NCBI GenBank assembly: GCA_013239625.1
Contig: MU054187.1
Coordinates: 20,773,280 to 20,837,279 of the forward strand
Reading direction: 5' to 3'
DNA from: Lama guanicoe
Lineage: Eukaryota
DNA: 64,000 nt
The first letter of the stretch is position 1; the number at the start of each line of letters is the position of its first letter. Shown here one piece after another: positions 1 through 14,042 of this stretch. The notes below the pieces were generated by a model. That model searched no databases and was not told the DNA's origin. It saw only the letters and a list, made by a program, of their open reading frames with translations. The translations under genes were made by a program, and so were the position numbers.

Positions 1-441
1 ATTCAATTTTCTAATTAAAAAGGGAAGGATAAACAAGAAAACTTGGCTTATTCCATTTCTAAAAATTTATGATTTTATGATTCTTTTGAAATTTTAGTTA
101 ATTTATGACAAGTTTTTTTCTTTAATGTTGTTTAAGTATAAATTATTTGCCTTTTCTAAAACATGTATTTATTCTCCATCCTTAGTGATTAAATACAACA
201 TGTCCCCAAACATAAAAATAAAAATTAGAATTAATGACCGGGGAAGAGAAATTCTTGTGGCTATTCATAGCCATTTTGTATACTTTTAAAAATATTTTGA
301 TTAAGAGATAATAATCTTTCATCATGGGCAACCAGCAGTAGAGTTAAGATGTATAATCCAGATCAGTGTTGTACTTAAATGCTTCACACAGGCTGCTCAT
401 AGCATTCCTCATACATTTAAACCAATACTCATGTCCTCTGA

Positions 442-740
442 TGCTAGAGACTATTTGTATCCACCCCAAATTCATATGTTAGAATCTAATCCGCAGTGTG
501 ATGGTACTAGGAGGTGGGGGTTTGGGATGGTAATTAGGTCATGAATATGATTAGTGATCTTATAAAAGAAGTTTCAGACAGCTCCTTCACCCTTCCACCC
601 CTAGAAGACAGTCTTGAACAAGTAGGTTGACCTAGATCTTGGACTTCCCAACCTCCAGAACTGTGAGGAATCAATTTCTTTTCTTTACAAACCACCCAGA
701 TTATGGTATTCTGTTATAGCAGCTGAAAGAGACTAAGCCA
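442..740 (+). mobile_element. MaLR solo LTR, MLT1A-like
   Basis: TG...CA termini. Typical MLT1 motifs: 'ccccaaattcatatgttagaatctaatc', 'gatcttggacttcccaacctccagaactgtgag', 'tggtattctgttatagcagc...gactaagcca'. Near 5-bp TSD TCTGA/TCTGG. Confidence 0.9.
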
Positions 741-974
741 TCTGGTTACACTTCTCTTGTAGGTATCATTGGCTTGAGGCAATCTTATTTTAAAAATTGA
801 CTCATCCTTTGAAAATACTGGAAGAAACTGTTATGTCATGGTCAAGGGTCAGGGCAGATGTCAAGAACACTTCTATTTGTCTCTAAATCCTAAGACTTCA
901 GTTAGCAAATGTGTATTATGCTGACATAAGACAAAGGATAACTTTCATGAATTAAAAAGTTGAGACTAATTATA

Positions 975-1300
975 AACTCTGCCAAATACCCTGGGCAAAC
1001 CATTGATGTTAGAGCAGTTCATCCTCCTTAAAGGTAAAATAAGGATAATTGTACCTATCCCCTACCAACCGCACAGTAAAATTAAGAGGATTAATGATTC
1101 AGTCTAGTGCTTTGAGGTCCTCAGAGAACAGCTCTTGGAAGTAAAATGTGCCATCGTTAATTGGGGCCCGTGGCATGTATCTTAACTTCTCTTATCTTTG
1201 CTCCCTCATCTGTAAAATGGGGGGACTAATAACCTCCCGCCTTACCTAATTAATCTCTGTGTGGATTAATTAGTAAATGATGGCTTTACACAGCTTGATG
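975..1300 (+). mobile_element. Two adjacent ancient MIR/CORE-SINE remnants (MIR3/MIR1_Amn-like)
   Basis: Core motifs 'ctgggcaaaccatt...taaaataaggataattgtacct...gaggattaatga...gtgctttgag' and 'ctcatctgtaaaatgggg..taataacct...ggattaattag'. Confidence 0.65.
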
Positions 1301-1469
1301 GGGGAGAAATCACATTCCTGAATAAAGGATCTACAATAAGCTACAGTTTTGTAAATAAATGCTCAGACTCATTTCTTAAAGTGGGTGTGCCTGACACTTT
1401 GACAGTTTACCACTCTTTTCTTTCATTATCCTTAATGTATCATTCAATAAGAAAACTGCAAATTATACA

Positions 1470-1662
1470 CAATGTCTTAAAATTTCTCACCAGAAGAAAA
1501 AAAATTTTTGTAACTATGAATGATGATGGATGTTAACTAGACTTATTTATAGCGGTGATCATTTTTCCGTATATACAAGTATTGAATCATTATTTTATAC
1601 ACCTAGAACTAATATAATGTTATAAAGTTGTCAGTCATTTGTACCCCAGTTTTTAAAAAAAT
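1470..1662 (+). mobile_element. L1 3' end fragment (L1MA/L1MB-like)
   Basis: 'gtaactatg...gatggatgttaactagactt...ggtgatcatt...tatacacctagaactaatataatgtt' followed by an A tail. Confidence 0.8.
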
Positions 1663-3156
1663 ATAATTTCTTTGCATTTGTATTACTAATTTTTTTAAAA
1701 TTTTGCTTGTGACCCCAATTTAGAAATTGTGTTACTAAATTACATTTTCTAAAATGTGCACTTGTGTTTATTTTGGTAATATAAACCAAAGAGTAATAAT
1801 ATAAAATATAATAATAAATGTGTTAAAGTTATATGTATTTATCACAGTTATTATTTCATAGTATAACAATATTTTAATGTTAATTATGAAACTTCAAGCA
1901 AACAAGAGCACAGGACTAATAGTCACTTATGTACTAACTACCCAGATGGAGTAAATGTTTACATCTGTCATGAGAAATGAATTCTTTTTTGTTTCCTCCT
2001 CAAATATGTCACTTTTAAGTAAATATTTCTTCCACATATGAAAATGACAAAAATAAAATCTCCCTCATTTTCAAATTTTATATCAAGATAACTAGACATT
2101 TCCACTCTTGAAAAAGGTCATTTCTGCTAAGTAACACTGTTATTTAGTATATAAAGTAACTGTTCCTTTGCTTTCCAGAGATTAAAAACCTATGAATATA
2201 CGATTTTACATTAAAATTACTAGTTTAGTATCCAGAGAAAACAGTTTTTATAATCAAATTTGTCTTGAGTAGCATTTAATCTTGCTTTTTTTTTTTTTGG
2301 TCTATAAATAAAACAGCTGACATTTATTTTCTTTCACATTCTCATAGAATATATACAAATTAGTTACCTATAAGGCGTGGATATTATGTCCTGAAACTTT
2401 TGTTTTGGCCAGAGCATGGAATTGCTGAGGGTTTTTAAGACCTTACAGGGATGGATTTACCTAGGATGGAATGTGGTTCTGCAGGGGCCCTGTCGCGTTT
2501 CCACATTCATAGTTAAACAACTCCACATCACCCTAATTACATTACACTGGTTACACAGGCAGAGTAAGGCTTTTTCTTCCATTTTCACAGAGTCAAACTG
2601 GCACAGTAATGAGACAAACTCACTAGGCAGGGAGGCCTTAATGTTGAATATGTTCAACTATTCTTAAGGAAGTTTTCAGCTGATGCTACAAGAATGTTTA
2701 CCTGGGGTAAAGAACAATAACTCCTGTTTTCTGTTTGCTCTATGTCCCACAGAGCTCACCAAGAGGACTTTTCTTGAATCAGTTCAGCCTATTCAGAGTT
2801 AGATAAGAAGGAGTCCCTAAAATACCAAAAAATACACAGTACACACAATTATCTTTAATTTTACATTTTGTCAAATAGTAGCTTGAATGACATTGCTATA
2901 TCAAAAAAAGGAAGAACAAATCAATGATATCAATGTTGGTGTTTATATCAGAGATAAACTCCTATTTAATATTCAACAAATAATTGTTGAATGGAATATT
3001 TCATTCAATTTGAAGATTGCTTTTTGCTTCCAAGAACGAGTCAGTCTATTTGATCCATTGATAGTTTCATGTAGGTGAAAAGTATGTTCTAAGGTCAGGA
3101 TACTAATTTAGTTGGTTACAAGAAATAGTAACTGGATTTGGTTAGCCTAGACAATG

Positions 3157-3184
<28 letters not shown>
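3157..3184. repeat. (GT)14 microsatellite
   Basis: Direct reading. Confidence 0.97.
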
Positions 3185-3188
<4 letters not shown>

Positions 3189-4339
3189 CCTACAAAGCAG
3201 GGTGGGGAGTTATAGAATCTAGGGAATTACTGAACAACGAAATATTGGCAAAAGTTTAGCAGTGACTCAAAAAAAGTATTTTATGTTTCAGAACAAGAGT
3301 ATTTGAATTTGGGGGAGGAGGCAATGGCCAACATACAAAAAAAGATTTCAGATCTTTCCTCAGCATCTACTTGCCTAAATGAGGGGATTTTTTTTTTCTG
3401 TTTTGTAAAAGAAAGTTTACTCTTTTGCCAAAGTGTGTCTGTTCAGTTGAGATCTGCAGAATTCAAGCTCAGTGTTAAATAGCTAAAGTGAGCTGGTCCT
3501 CAGAATATCAGATTCAGTTTCTTTGACTTTGTCTCCCAACTACAAAATGAGATCAGCTTTGCCAACTGCCTCAGAGGTCAGCAACTGAAAATAAACTTCA
3601 CTTGGTTTATATATTATGAGGATATATTTAGCTCCAGCTTCAGCTTATTACTAATGTGAGCTTCAACTGATCAATACCGTATTTTTTAATAGTAAGTGGA
3701 GACTCTATTTTGAGAACAGCATTGCCCTTCTTTGATATTTATAGAGTATCTTTTTTATTAAGAGCATAAACATCAGGACCAGATTGACCCAGCTTCTCTT
3801 AAAGCAATGCTCCAATGAATTCCTCTTGTGTTTGCTTCTGGACCCCTGTTGCACCTAATGTTTATTCCATCTGAAATAAGAGCTGTCCTGTAATCATCTT
3901 TCACACTTTGCTGCATTTCTCCTGCAGATCTGAAACTCTGGCTTTCACTTGAATTTTTATTCTATGTCATCTTCCATCTAACTTGCAAGAAGTGCATATA
4001 ATTTCTGGGATTTGGGCTAAAGAATAGAAAGAAGGAGGTCAAGCATATCCAAATCTAGTTTGTTGTTTTATTCAATTTTCAGCAGGCTATTCTTTTAGAT
4101 CAAGATAAAAATTTGAATTCTATGTTTCAGGTATCCAATACTCACAGAGAAATCTCAGGTGTGGAACAGCATGCTCAGACATGTATATCAGAAACATGAA
4201 TCTGGTGAGTTTGGGGGGTCAGTTTGAAAATCTTCAAGACTGAAGAAAGAGATACAGATGGAAGCTCTTTAAATAATTTAAATGAGAATTATTAGAGAAA
4301 AATTAAGGAAGAGTCACTGATAAGGAGGAGACATAAAGA

Positions 4340-4960
4340 AGATGTATTAAGCATGTTGAAAGCACAGGGCTCCTTAATGAGATGCAGAGATGAAAGAAGA
4401 GGTAGGAATTTAAGATGCCTTCTGAGTTTCTGTTTTAGACAAGAGAGTGGTTAGAGGTGCCATTCACTAAGGTGGGAAATACAAAGAAGAAGACTAGGTC
4501 AAAAGGAAATATAAACTACCTTTTGGTCCTTGAATAGTTTAAAACTCAGAGCCAATCACTGGGATGGAGATATCGATTTAAGGATCATCAAGATACAGGT
4601 GTTAGTTGAAGTCAGAGGAAGTTGTGATGCTGTAAGAGTTTGAGAGGAATAAAAAGAGAATCAAGGACAAAATGCTGGATGAAAAGAAGCAATGGTTAAA
4701 TAAAGACACAGACAGAGAACAAATAATCATAAAGGTATAAGGGGATAAAGAGAACATGAGTGAATAATATCATGACTAAAAACAAAAAAATTCACCCCAG
4801 AAGCAGAGAGCTCTGTCCAACCTCGTAGAAAAGACAGCCAACCCGAATGAATCTTCCACACTGGGAATCAGAAAGGTGACTTTTTGAGCAGAACATCTGA
4901 ACTGCATGGAGGAGTCAAATAGGAGAATGAGTAGGGAGTGAGCATATGAAACAGAACCCA
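4340..4960 (-). mobile_element. L2 fragment
   Basis: Purine-rich antisense L2 motifs 'ggtgccattcactaaggtgggaaatac', 'ggagatatcgatttaaggatcatca...gttgaagtc'. Confidence 0.7.
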
Positions 4961-5416
4961 AATAATTAATGTGAGGTGTTTCAGAAATGAGACAAAGACA
5001 GAGAAGTATTGAAAGTACCTACCAAATTAGAATATGCATAGTCTTATGACAGCATATATAAGAAAATATATAGAATTATTAATAGCTGAATAAAAACCAA
5101 ATAAATATCAAACCAATGTAACTATAAACATATAAAAGAAAAAATAATTTGGAAAACTAAACTGCAGAATTTTTAAAATTTTTGAAAAGAAGACTCCAAA
5201 TTTAATAATCTTCTTATTGGTATTTGAATAACTTCCTGCAATGGAGTCTTTTGGGAGAATAGAAATATCTCCAGAGAAATGCTGTATCCATTATTGCTAG
5301 TCATAGAAAAAGAATACCACCCTGTGCTATATGAGAGGAGGGTTTGGGGGAGAAATATAGAATGTTTATTAAAATGAGACAAGTATACAGATTGGCTTTG
5401 TTCTCAGTTTGGTCAG

Positions 5417-5905
5417 TGTATCAGTTATCTATTACCATAATAATACTGTGTAACAAAATCCCACAAATTTCAGTAGCATATGACAGTAAATGTCTCTTTC
5501 TGCATATAAATCTATGGGCAAGCTGGGTGGTTCTGCTGATATGCTCCTTACTTGACTAATCTCAGCTCACAGGTTTTTGGTCAACTGGTGAGTCAGCTAG
5601 GTGCTGCCTAGTTTAAAATGGCCTTAAATGTGTCACCACAATCTCCTCCATGGATTCATCACCTAATTTGAACAGACTAGCCCAGACATGCCTTTCCCAT
5701 GGCAATCACATGGAGGAAAGACAAAGTAAAAATGTACAAGAGTATTTTTTTCAAATCTGTGTTTCAGTCAAGTTTGTAAGTTGTAACCCTGACCAATGCA
5801 GGTCACATATTCAAGCTAAGAGTCAGTGTGAGAAGACACTAGCACATGGCCTGGAAATAAGGAGATGTGAAAAACTGGTGCAGTTAATACAATAAATTGA
5901 TCACA
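5417..5905 (-). mobile_element. MaLR LTR, MLT1G/H-like
   Basis: 'tgtatcagttatctatt...gtaacaaaatcccacaaatttcagtagc', 'gggcaagctgggtggttctgctg', 'agactagcccagacatg', 'ggtcacatattcaagc'. Confidence 0.8.
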
Positions 5906-6019
5906 CAGGACCTTGCATACACCAAAGTAATATAATAATACAAATGAAAAGTGTTTAGGAATCTTTGAAAAACACAGATGATCAAATAATTAGTTTTAGC
6001 AAACATAATCATTCAGAAA

Positions 6020-6900
6020 GAAGCTGTTACCAACCATCTGTACAAAAAATATGGGCATCTAGTATGTTAAAAATCATATACCTATTTGACCCAGGTCCCA
6101 TTCTTATGAATATTTATTTTTATAGATAGAGACTAATAAAATCTGTAGAAGGTACAAAGACTTAGCTAGAAAAGCTCATCTAAACATTGGTTTTGATTTT
6201 TAAAACATAGTAGCTAGATTACTATTTTTGTGACAGATTATGAAGAACTTAGTTTTCCACTGTGATCCTTTCAAAACCTTATTCCCCATCTGTTTTTCCT
6301 CACATCTCTTCCTCAACCACATAGACCAACAACCAACAGCTGGTATACTATGACCATGTTCTTATTGGCCTGACACCAATCCACAACTAATACAACTCTG
6401 ATCTTCGCCAGTGTGTCCTATAAAAAGCTTTGAAATTCTCATTTTCCAAAATACATATCTTGAAGCTGTTCTCAAATTGGCACATTTTAATAAAGTCACG
6501 AAATAATGTCCTTGGTTGTTTTTCCTCCTTCCACATGGTTAAATGAAAGAACATGTATCTATTTTAGTAGAAGATATACTATAGCATGGATGTGCTATTA
6601 TAAAAGATACATAAAGGCATCAAAATTTTTACATATGACATGAAAAATAATTATTACAAGTAGACCAAATGAAATATACCAAATGAAATATATAAAGTTT
6701 GATCTTACTACATTTTAAAATTGGTTTATGTGATTATTTAAATATATAAATATATATATATTTACACATGTATATAAAGATATGACATGGTATATATAAT
6801 GCTATATATCAAAAAATAACAGTAGTTGATAAAAGGTGATTTTTAAATCATTCACTTGTGGAATTTCTAAGTTTCCTCATGCATATGTAATACTTTTACA
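6020..6900 (+). mobile_element. Degenerate L1ME-type 3' fragments
   Basis: 'catatacctatttgacccag...cccattctta' plus AT-rich L1 3'UTR-like sequence; heavily decayed. Confidence 0.45.
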
Positions 6901-7846
6901 GTTTCTCACACACATATGTATGGTGATATATATTCTGAATGCATAAAATAGTGTCTTAATTTGAAAAATCTACTCACTCCAGCCTGTCAGGTTTTTGACT
7001 AGATATTGTCACTGATGCTTACATAATGTTTAAAATCCATAATTTATTTTTAAAAGATTGGAAGAATTAAAAAAAACATGAAAGAAATGAATAATCCAAA
7101 ATATTTTAAACACAAGTATTATATTATAACTAATTGTACAGCTTTATTTCTCTAAACTTGAGATTCAATAATGTATTTTTTTCATGGTAGAGGTCAAGCT
7201 CTAAATATTGTTTGCATGATGTTGATTCACCTTTGATATCCAACATATGTTTTACCTTTTAGACTTTAGCCAGATATTAAAACATTTTATTCCCTTATAT
7301 TCAGCTAGTGGAAGAAAATATGGTTTTTGTATTTCTCAGGAAAACCAAACTTGGCATTGGTTACAATTTTTAAAATGAGAAAAACTATGTCCACAATTGT
7401 GAACTGAGCCAGCTAATGAACAGCGATGCCTCTAAATTAATCAATTTCTCTATAACATATTACAGACTGACGTATGGCCAGTTGGATGTAGAAGGATGCA
7501 CTGATAAAATTTCTACAACCAAAAAATCAGTAATTGGCAATATCAGGCAGGACCACCCTTCTTTAATGTTTCTAGAGCTTAAAATGATGGTATGCAGAGA
7601 AAAGCTAAATCCTACATTTTAGATTTGATGAAAATATAACATAAGCACATAGTTAAATTAATGGAATAAAAAAATCAACTATCTGTAGGTATGCACTGCA
7701 CTAATTTCTTAGTTAGGAAATGGTATGAAAGTAGTCATTTGGAGGATGAGAGAGAATAGAGACTTCATTCCTGGTACCAGAACATGACTTTGAAAAGCTC
7801 TGTAGGGCAAGACTACGACATGATCCAGTCACCCTGAACCAGATTC

Positions 7847-8045
7847 TAGCAATACTGCCCAGTGGGATTTTCACAACTGGACGGACATATTCCATGTCTG
7901 AACTATTCAATATGGTGGCCACTAGTCATAAACAGCTACTGAAAGCTTGAATTGTAGCTTGTATGACTGAGGAGCAGAATTTTTAATTTTAAAAATTTAA
8001 TTAAAATTTATATTGCTACCTGTGACTAGTAGCGTCCAGATAGGC
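7847..8045. mobile_element. MER3-like hAT-Charlie DNA transposon
   Basis: 'tattcaatatggtggccactagtcat...gctactgaaagcttgaattgtagcttgtatgactgaggagcagaatttttaatttt'. Confidence 0.8.
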
Positions 8046-10279
8046 TCAATCTGTATTTACCCTTCAGTCTATTGGGTTGAAATCTACACTTCTGACTCAA
8101 TCTATTTCTTTGACATCATCATAAACTTGGTTAAAAAGTAAAGAAATTAGTCATGAAGAGTTTTCTGATGTTCTTCTGCTATTGATGTTCTTATGCTAGT
8201 GAGGTAAGAATGTATCAGTCATCTCTTTCAAATACCTTGGAAGTTAGTCATTCAGATCAAAGCAAAACTGGGGAATCCAAGCAGCTGGATAAACACTCTC
8301 TGGCTTGACTGGGTAAAAAGCATCAGAGCCAGAGGGTGATGCCTTACTGTCCTCTCCTCTCTGTCGGAATGTGTTGATGGAGTCTGAGAATCTCTTAGAT
8401 ATGTTTATGATATTATCACAATTTGAATATTATATTTTAAACTGTTCAAGTTGAAAAGACAAATTATGTTAGTCTTGTTTACTCTTAAATTATCATTCAA
8501 AAGCACTTGGACTCAGTCTAATCTGGCTTCAGAGCTCTGCCCCAAGTGAGAAATGTTTGTTTATTTGATAGCACCCAGAGCAGCTCTCGGCAGAAGTGAT
8601 ATACAGCCAGAAACAAAGTGAGCTGACTTTACGATTGTGTTTGAATTTACAAAGTAAAATGTATTTCAAAATTTTTCCCAAACAAACTGTCTCCATATGC
8701 TCAGTGGCCTGAAGTGCAACTTGCAGGAAAAGATAAAGGGGAGGAAAGTTGGGCCAGGCCATTCTCACTCACTCAGGCCCTGAGCATCTTGACCCTTCAT
8801 GGCTGGTCCATGAGGAAAAAAATAATTAGATCATGCAAAATATTTGATTAACTTTTTATTCCCTCTGGCATTTTTTTTCTCCACTTGCCATTTTACTCAT
8901 TAATATCTGAAGAATGTTTCAAATAACACTAAAGTCAAATCTGTGGTCAGGTTGCTAAGACAACTCCTTGGGCTTGTGTCATAAAATTAAATGTATTTGT
9001 AAGTTTCCATTAAGATGTAAAATGTTTTGATTGTAAATGCATTTAGTTCCGTTGTGATCCTTCCGAATTCATTCTTCACTTTGGAAGTGGAAATAGAACC
9101 TCCAAAGATTATGGCTTAAAAAAGAAAATGGCTTAAATATTGAAAAATTACCATATGATTAATATTTCCTCTCTTCCAAAATCATCACCAAACTTCAGAA
9201 ATACACATACTCTTTTATTTCCCACCCTTCCCATAATTTCTTGGAGTTTTGTTGCTGTTCTTCTAATTTCAAGTTTTCTTCATGATTATCATCAAACCGT
9301 TTTTATATTACTCTTTAAAAGTCAGCTCATGGCCATATCTCATGGGCCCTGACTTGACATCTTCAAACTTAAGAAAGTACTAAAGCAAATAAAATCAAGA
9401 CAAATGTTATAAATTTTAAATAAATGAAAATATAAATATAAAAATATAATCTCTTGCTACAACTGTTACTGGTCTTTTAGCTTTTGTAATAGATTTTTGA
9501 GGATATAAAAGAAGTTTTTAAAAGTTTGTTGAGGATGCTAAATTATGTGTGTGTGTGTGTTTTTTTTGTCAAGTAATTTTTTTAATTCAATTCATTTAAA
9601 CTAAAAAAAAAATCAAAAAACAAACAAACAAAAAAACAAAAAAACAAGTCCTAAATCTGCTTGGCCATAAGTAATTCATTAGTGGCTATTGAACTTTTTT
9701 TTTAAACTTTAGATACAAACATGATGTTAGTCAAAATCATTTTGCAGACAAAGTCATAAAAATATCTATGATATAAAATAACCTTTTTGTTATAACTGAT
9801 AACAGTCTTTGTAAAACCCAGGGCTTTGTAAAGGTGATCTATATTCAGATACAAAAAGATATAACATACGTGGAGGGGTTTGGTGGGTATTTATCAGTAT
9901 TAAAATTGAAAAGAGTGGGCTCTTGAGTTTTTGTAAAGGAGAAAGAAGGCACTAGTAAAGAATAATCCAAAAGCTTCCCAATTACTTGTGTACATATTGA
10001 AGAAAAATTTAATTTTCTTTATTAGGTAATTTTTACAGAATACATAAATAAATAGAGCCTTAAGAACTTACTCTGACTTTTGCTAAGTAAGTAGGAAACT
10101 CAGAGCGAACAAAGGAACAGAGACAAAAAATAACAACAGCAGCAAAAAGAATGCCAAAAACACAAGAATGTGAAAAAGTAATTTCAACACGTTTCATATA
10201 CAAAGTGAACGTATCTCCTGCTGGTATCTTTCCAAGGTACTCCAGACTTTCTACATCCAACCATGACTTCACCAGGGAC

Positions 10280-11665
10280 ATGCGGTCAGCATCTCAGACT
10301 TCTCCTGCCATTAACAAGACCTCTGATCCTCAAACAAATGTGAATGCAACATCAAAAATTTCAACACTCCTTATCTGCTATACCTTCAAAATACACACAA
10401 AACACAACACTTTTCTTATCCTCCACTGCCATCCAGATTCAAGTCACCATCGTCTCTTTTCTGGAGAACTGAAGTAGTATTCAAAGTTATCTTCTTGGTT
10501 CTGCCTTTAACCAAACTCCCCACTATCTGGCCAAACTTATACTATCAGTTTGGCAGCTTGTCACTCCTCAGATCTTTCTAACAACATTCCATTTCACTCA
10601 GAATAAAAATTAAATTTCTTATGATGTCCCCCTGGGTCCTACATGATCTATAAGCTTCTACCACCATGGACTTGTTGAACTCATGTACCACTTTTCTCAC
10701 CCTCTGCTTTCCAGCCACACAGGCTTCCCAACAGTTCAACCATCAGTCAGAAATGCTCACCAGAGGGAATTTGTGCTTATCCTTCCCTATGTTCAGAATG
10801 TTCTTCACAAGGTACAGACATCATTCATTCCCTAGCTTAGATCCTTGAATCTTTGCTTAGCTATCACCTTCTCTGAGAACATTTTCTGACTACTCCATTT
10901 AAAATAGCAATTCCAAAAAATATACTTCACTTTGCCTCCTCCCTCCTGCTTTAGGTTCTACCATCTAATATACCATGTGTTATACTAATACATTAATTAT
11001 CTCTGTTGACTCAACTAAAATGCACAACCTAAAAACTGAGAGTGATGTTTTACTTGGCAGACATTTCTGAGGACTTGAGCCCAGGATGACTGCCTTTTGG
11101 ATCGCTCTGGGGGACTGCTTCAAAGCGGCAAGGTAGAAGCCAGAATATATGAGTTTTTGCAACAAAGACTCAGTAGTCGGAACATCAAAAGATTATTGTT
11201 AATTAAAGAAAACCAGATACCCAAGCTAAGGAATTCAGTGTTTTTCTATGTATGGGAAGGTACAAAGGTCTGGGCACATTGAAATCATTCCTTTGAGATG
11301 CACCTAGCTATCTAGGGCCAGTATCCTGTTCTTTCACATCCTGAATTCCCTCAGGGGGCACCATTGGGGGTGGCTGCAGAGGCCAGGCTGCCTGCTTGTC
11401 TCCATCCTGAGTTCACTCCCCTCACTATCAGGCGGCTGGCGACAGCAGCTGAAGACTTGATGGCTGTAGCATCCTTGTTTACTGACATGGCTTGCAGTAA
11501 TTTTCATTCATGTCTCTAATCTCTAGAATGTGTTTTTTTCGCGAAGGCAGGCATTTTTGCCTATTTTGTTCTCTGGATCCCACTGCCTAAAACAAAACCT
11601 GTTACATAGTGGGTATTCAATGCATATTTACTGAATGTATAAATAAACGAATGAAATGAGTGAAT
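10280..11665 (+). mobile_element. L2 3' region, interrupted by an LTR at 11004-11512
   Basis: 'ctccactgcc...aagtcaccatc', 'cactcagaataaaa', 'ccagccacacaggc', then the L2 tail 'gaaggcaggc...ctattttgttc...acatagtgggtattcaatgcatatttactgaatg'. Confidence 0.85.
11004..11512 (-). mobile_element. ERV1 solo LTR, MER41-like (artiodactyl/camelid type)
   Basis: 'tgttgac..aaaatgcacaacctaaaa', 'gtagtcggaacatcaaaagattattgttaattaaagaaaaccaga', 'ctatctagggccagtatcctg'. 4-bp TSD TCTC at 11000-11003 and 11513-11516. Confidence 0.85.
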
Positions 11666-11689
11666 ATTTAATATTCACAGAGCTTTTTA

Positions 11690-12900
11690 AAGCAATATAG
11701 TCAAAAAAAAGTTGACAAAGGAGATGAATAGGCAATTCATAAGGAAACTAAACGGCCAAATAAACATTTGAAAATATGAAAATATCAACTCAACACAATA
11801 AAAATAATTGCAAATTTTTTTAAATGAGATTTCAGTTTTTCCATCAGATTGGCATATTAAAAAAATATACAAGAGTAGAGACAGGAGGTATGAATTTCTC
11901 TAACGTATTTGGATGAGATGCTGGATAGCTTCCATTCATTAACTGATTTCACCCCACCTTGACATGGTAATTGAGGGGATTTTTGTGATCTCTGTAGCGG
12001 GGAGTACAAATATTTCACTGGGACAGAGGGATAGAAGTGTATTTCCCAATGAGGAGATTCCGGCAGATGAGAAAGAGAAGGAAGACTGAGGTCATAGTAT
12101 GTGTTTTATCAACTCCCTATTGTCAGATTGTCCACTGGCTGACTGCTGCCCTCAAGGATGGCTGCAACTCCTCTAAGGCGGCCCCTTCACACTTTCTCTC
12201 CGCCTCTAGGGCTTTCTGATCGAAAAGTGGTAATTCCTCAGTGTTATGAGCACTAGGGAATTGAACCATCCTTTGTATTCTCTTTAAATCCTGCCCAATC
12301 CTTTATAATTGGTCCTTCTATTAAACTCTTCTCAAATCTGATGACTTTAGTGTGTCAATGTTTCATGCTGGGAGACTAAATGATACAAAAAGCAATCTGA
12401 CTGTACATGAAAACTAAAAATATATGTAATCTTCCACCAGCAACTCTTGAAAATCTAGCCTATTAAAACAAAAGCACCAGTACTTAAAGAATATTACAGC
12501 ATTAATTGTAATAGCAAAATAACTGGCAATAATCAGAATGCCTTTAATAGGGGAACAGTTATATATGTTATGGTTATGATCATATTGAGGTTGTTAATGC
12601 AGTTATTAAAAAAGAACTACTTAGAAGTATATATTAATTTGGAAAGATTATCATGATACATTTTGAATAAGAAAATTATGAGTCAAAGCTATTACTTTTT
12701 AAAAAAATCAATAAACCCCCTATATGTGTGTACATAAGAGTCTGGGGAGATATCATGAAGCTATTAATATTAAACAGGGTTGAGAAGAGCTATTTTACAT
12801 TTTTCTCTAAAATATTTGCATTGTTTCATGATGTAAAGTGAACATTTATTACTTCTACTTTTGAAATTAAAAGATCATTAAAAAATCTTGAGTAATAAAT
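11690..12900 (+). mobile_element. Old L1ME-type 3' fragment interrupted by LTR33
   Basis: 'gaataggcaattcataagg...ggccaaataaacatttgaaaatatg', resuming after 12388 with 'gcattaattgtaatagcaaaataactgg'. Confidence 0.6.
11915..12387 (+). mobile_element. ERVL solo LTR, LTR33-like
   Basis: 3' part 'ccatcctttg...aaatcctgccca..cctttataattggtccttctattaaactcttctcaaat...tgtttcatgctggga..ctaaatgataca'. Confidence 0.75.
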
Positions 12901-14042
12901 ATAACTATATTTCTACATGCTAAAAGTTTCTCCATCTCCTCACTTAGACTTTATTTCCAGCTCTTTCTAACTTTCCTGTAATCTCCCCAAAGAAATCAGA
13001 AATCTTCACTGAGGTAACAAGCCTCAGAAGGAGGCAAAAGGCTGCGTGAGAACCCTCTTTTATTCTCTCCTGCCCTGTCCTGTGGTCTGAACTAAGGCCA
13101 CCCACTGCCCTCTGCCCTCTGATATGGAAATATGAGATATTTTCCTTTTGCTTTAATGTCATTTATGTCCCTATAGTATGTTGAAAGAGAAATCGGGTGA
13201 TATTTACTTTATTTTCAATTTATTATAGAAATGCTAACATATTGTGTTGAGTCAGAATCTTACAGGTTTAAATCAGTCTTACCACGGTCAACTTAATAAG
13301 TCTAAACTGAGAAGTTGTTTTTGTCTAAAGAGTGAAGATGATTATAAATTGCTTCCCCCCAGATGTCATAAAGTAATATAAAAAACATTTGGCATATTAT
13401 AGATGCTCAACCGAATAGTAGCTCCATTTCCTTAGCAACCTTTTCATAACCCACTTAATATTGATTATTTAATCTCCAGTTCAGATTTAATCAGTCATAA
13501 CTGAGTCAACTCAAAGAGGAAGTTTGTATTGCAGTTTAGAAATAGGATATAGAATAAATTCTGTTCATCTTCTGTATCAGAAGTTTTGCCAAGGCTATTT
13601 TAAAGTACTTTTTCTCTATAATACTTCCAGTCTTTGCTTTCATACTTCATCCTCTTTTCTAGGCATAAAGTGTAGGAATACAATCACTTAGCATACAAAT
13701 TAACTTCTACATTTGCACTGGTATTTATTTCTTAAATTTTCTATTCATACTCTTCAAGATGACATGATTATATATTGCCACATGTTCTAATAAGAGCTAG
13801 GAAAACAACCTCAGAAGCATGCATACATACAATGAAAAGAATGCTAGCATCTTCCCTAATGCATGTTTTTGACGGGACAAAGGGCTGATAACACCAGGCT
13901 ATGTGTCACATGGTGTTACTAGTTCAGAGTTTGTTTCCCTGAGCTTGTCTGGCACCTTAGAAATGACATTTTCCAATGAGTACCTGAACTGAGAAAAGGA
14001 GTATTGGATGTCTAAGCTTATACAAGATGACTCTGTACAAAG

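Noticed and set aside
2466..2510. miR-1/206-like hairpin (TGGAATGT...CCACATTC)
   Set aside because: Only the first 8 nt match, and the stem is too short and bulged for a pre-miRNA.
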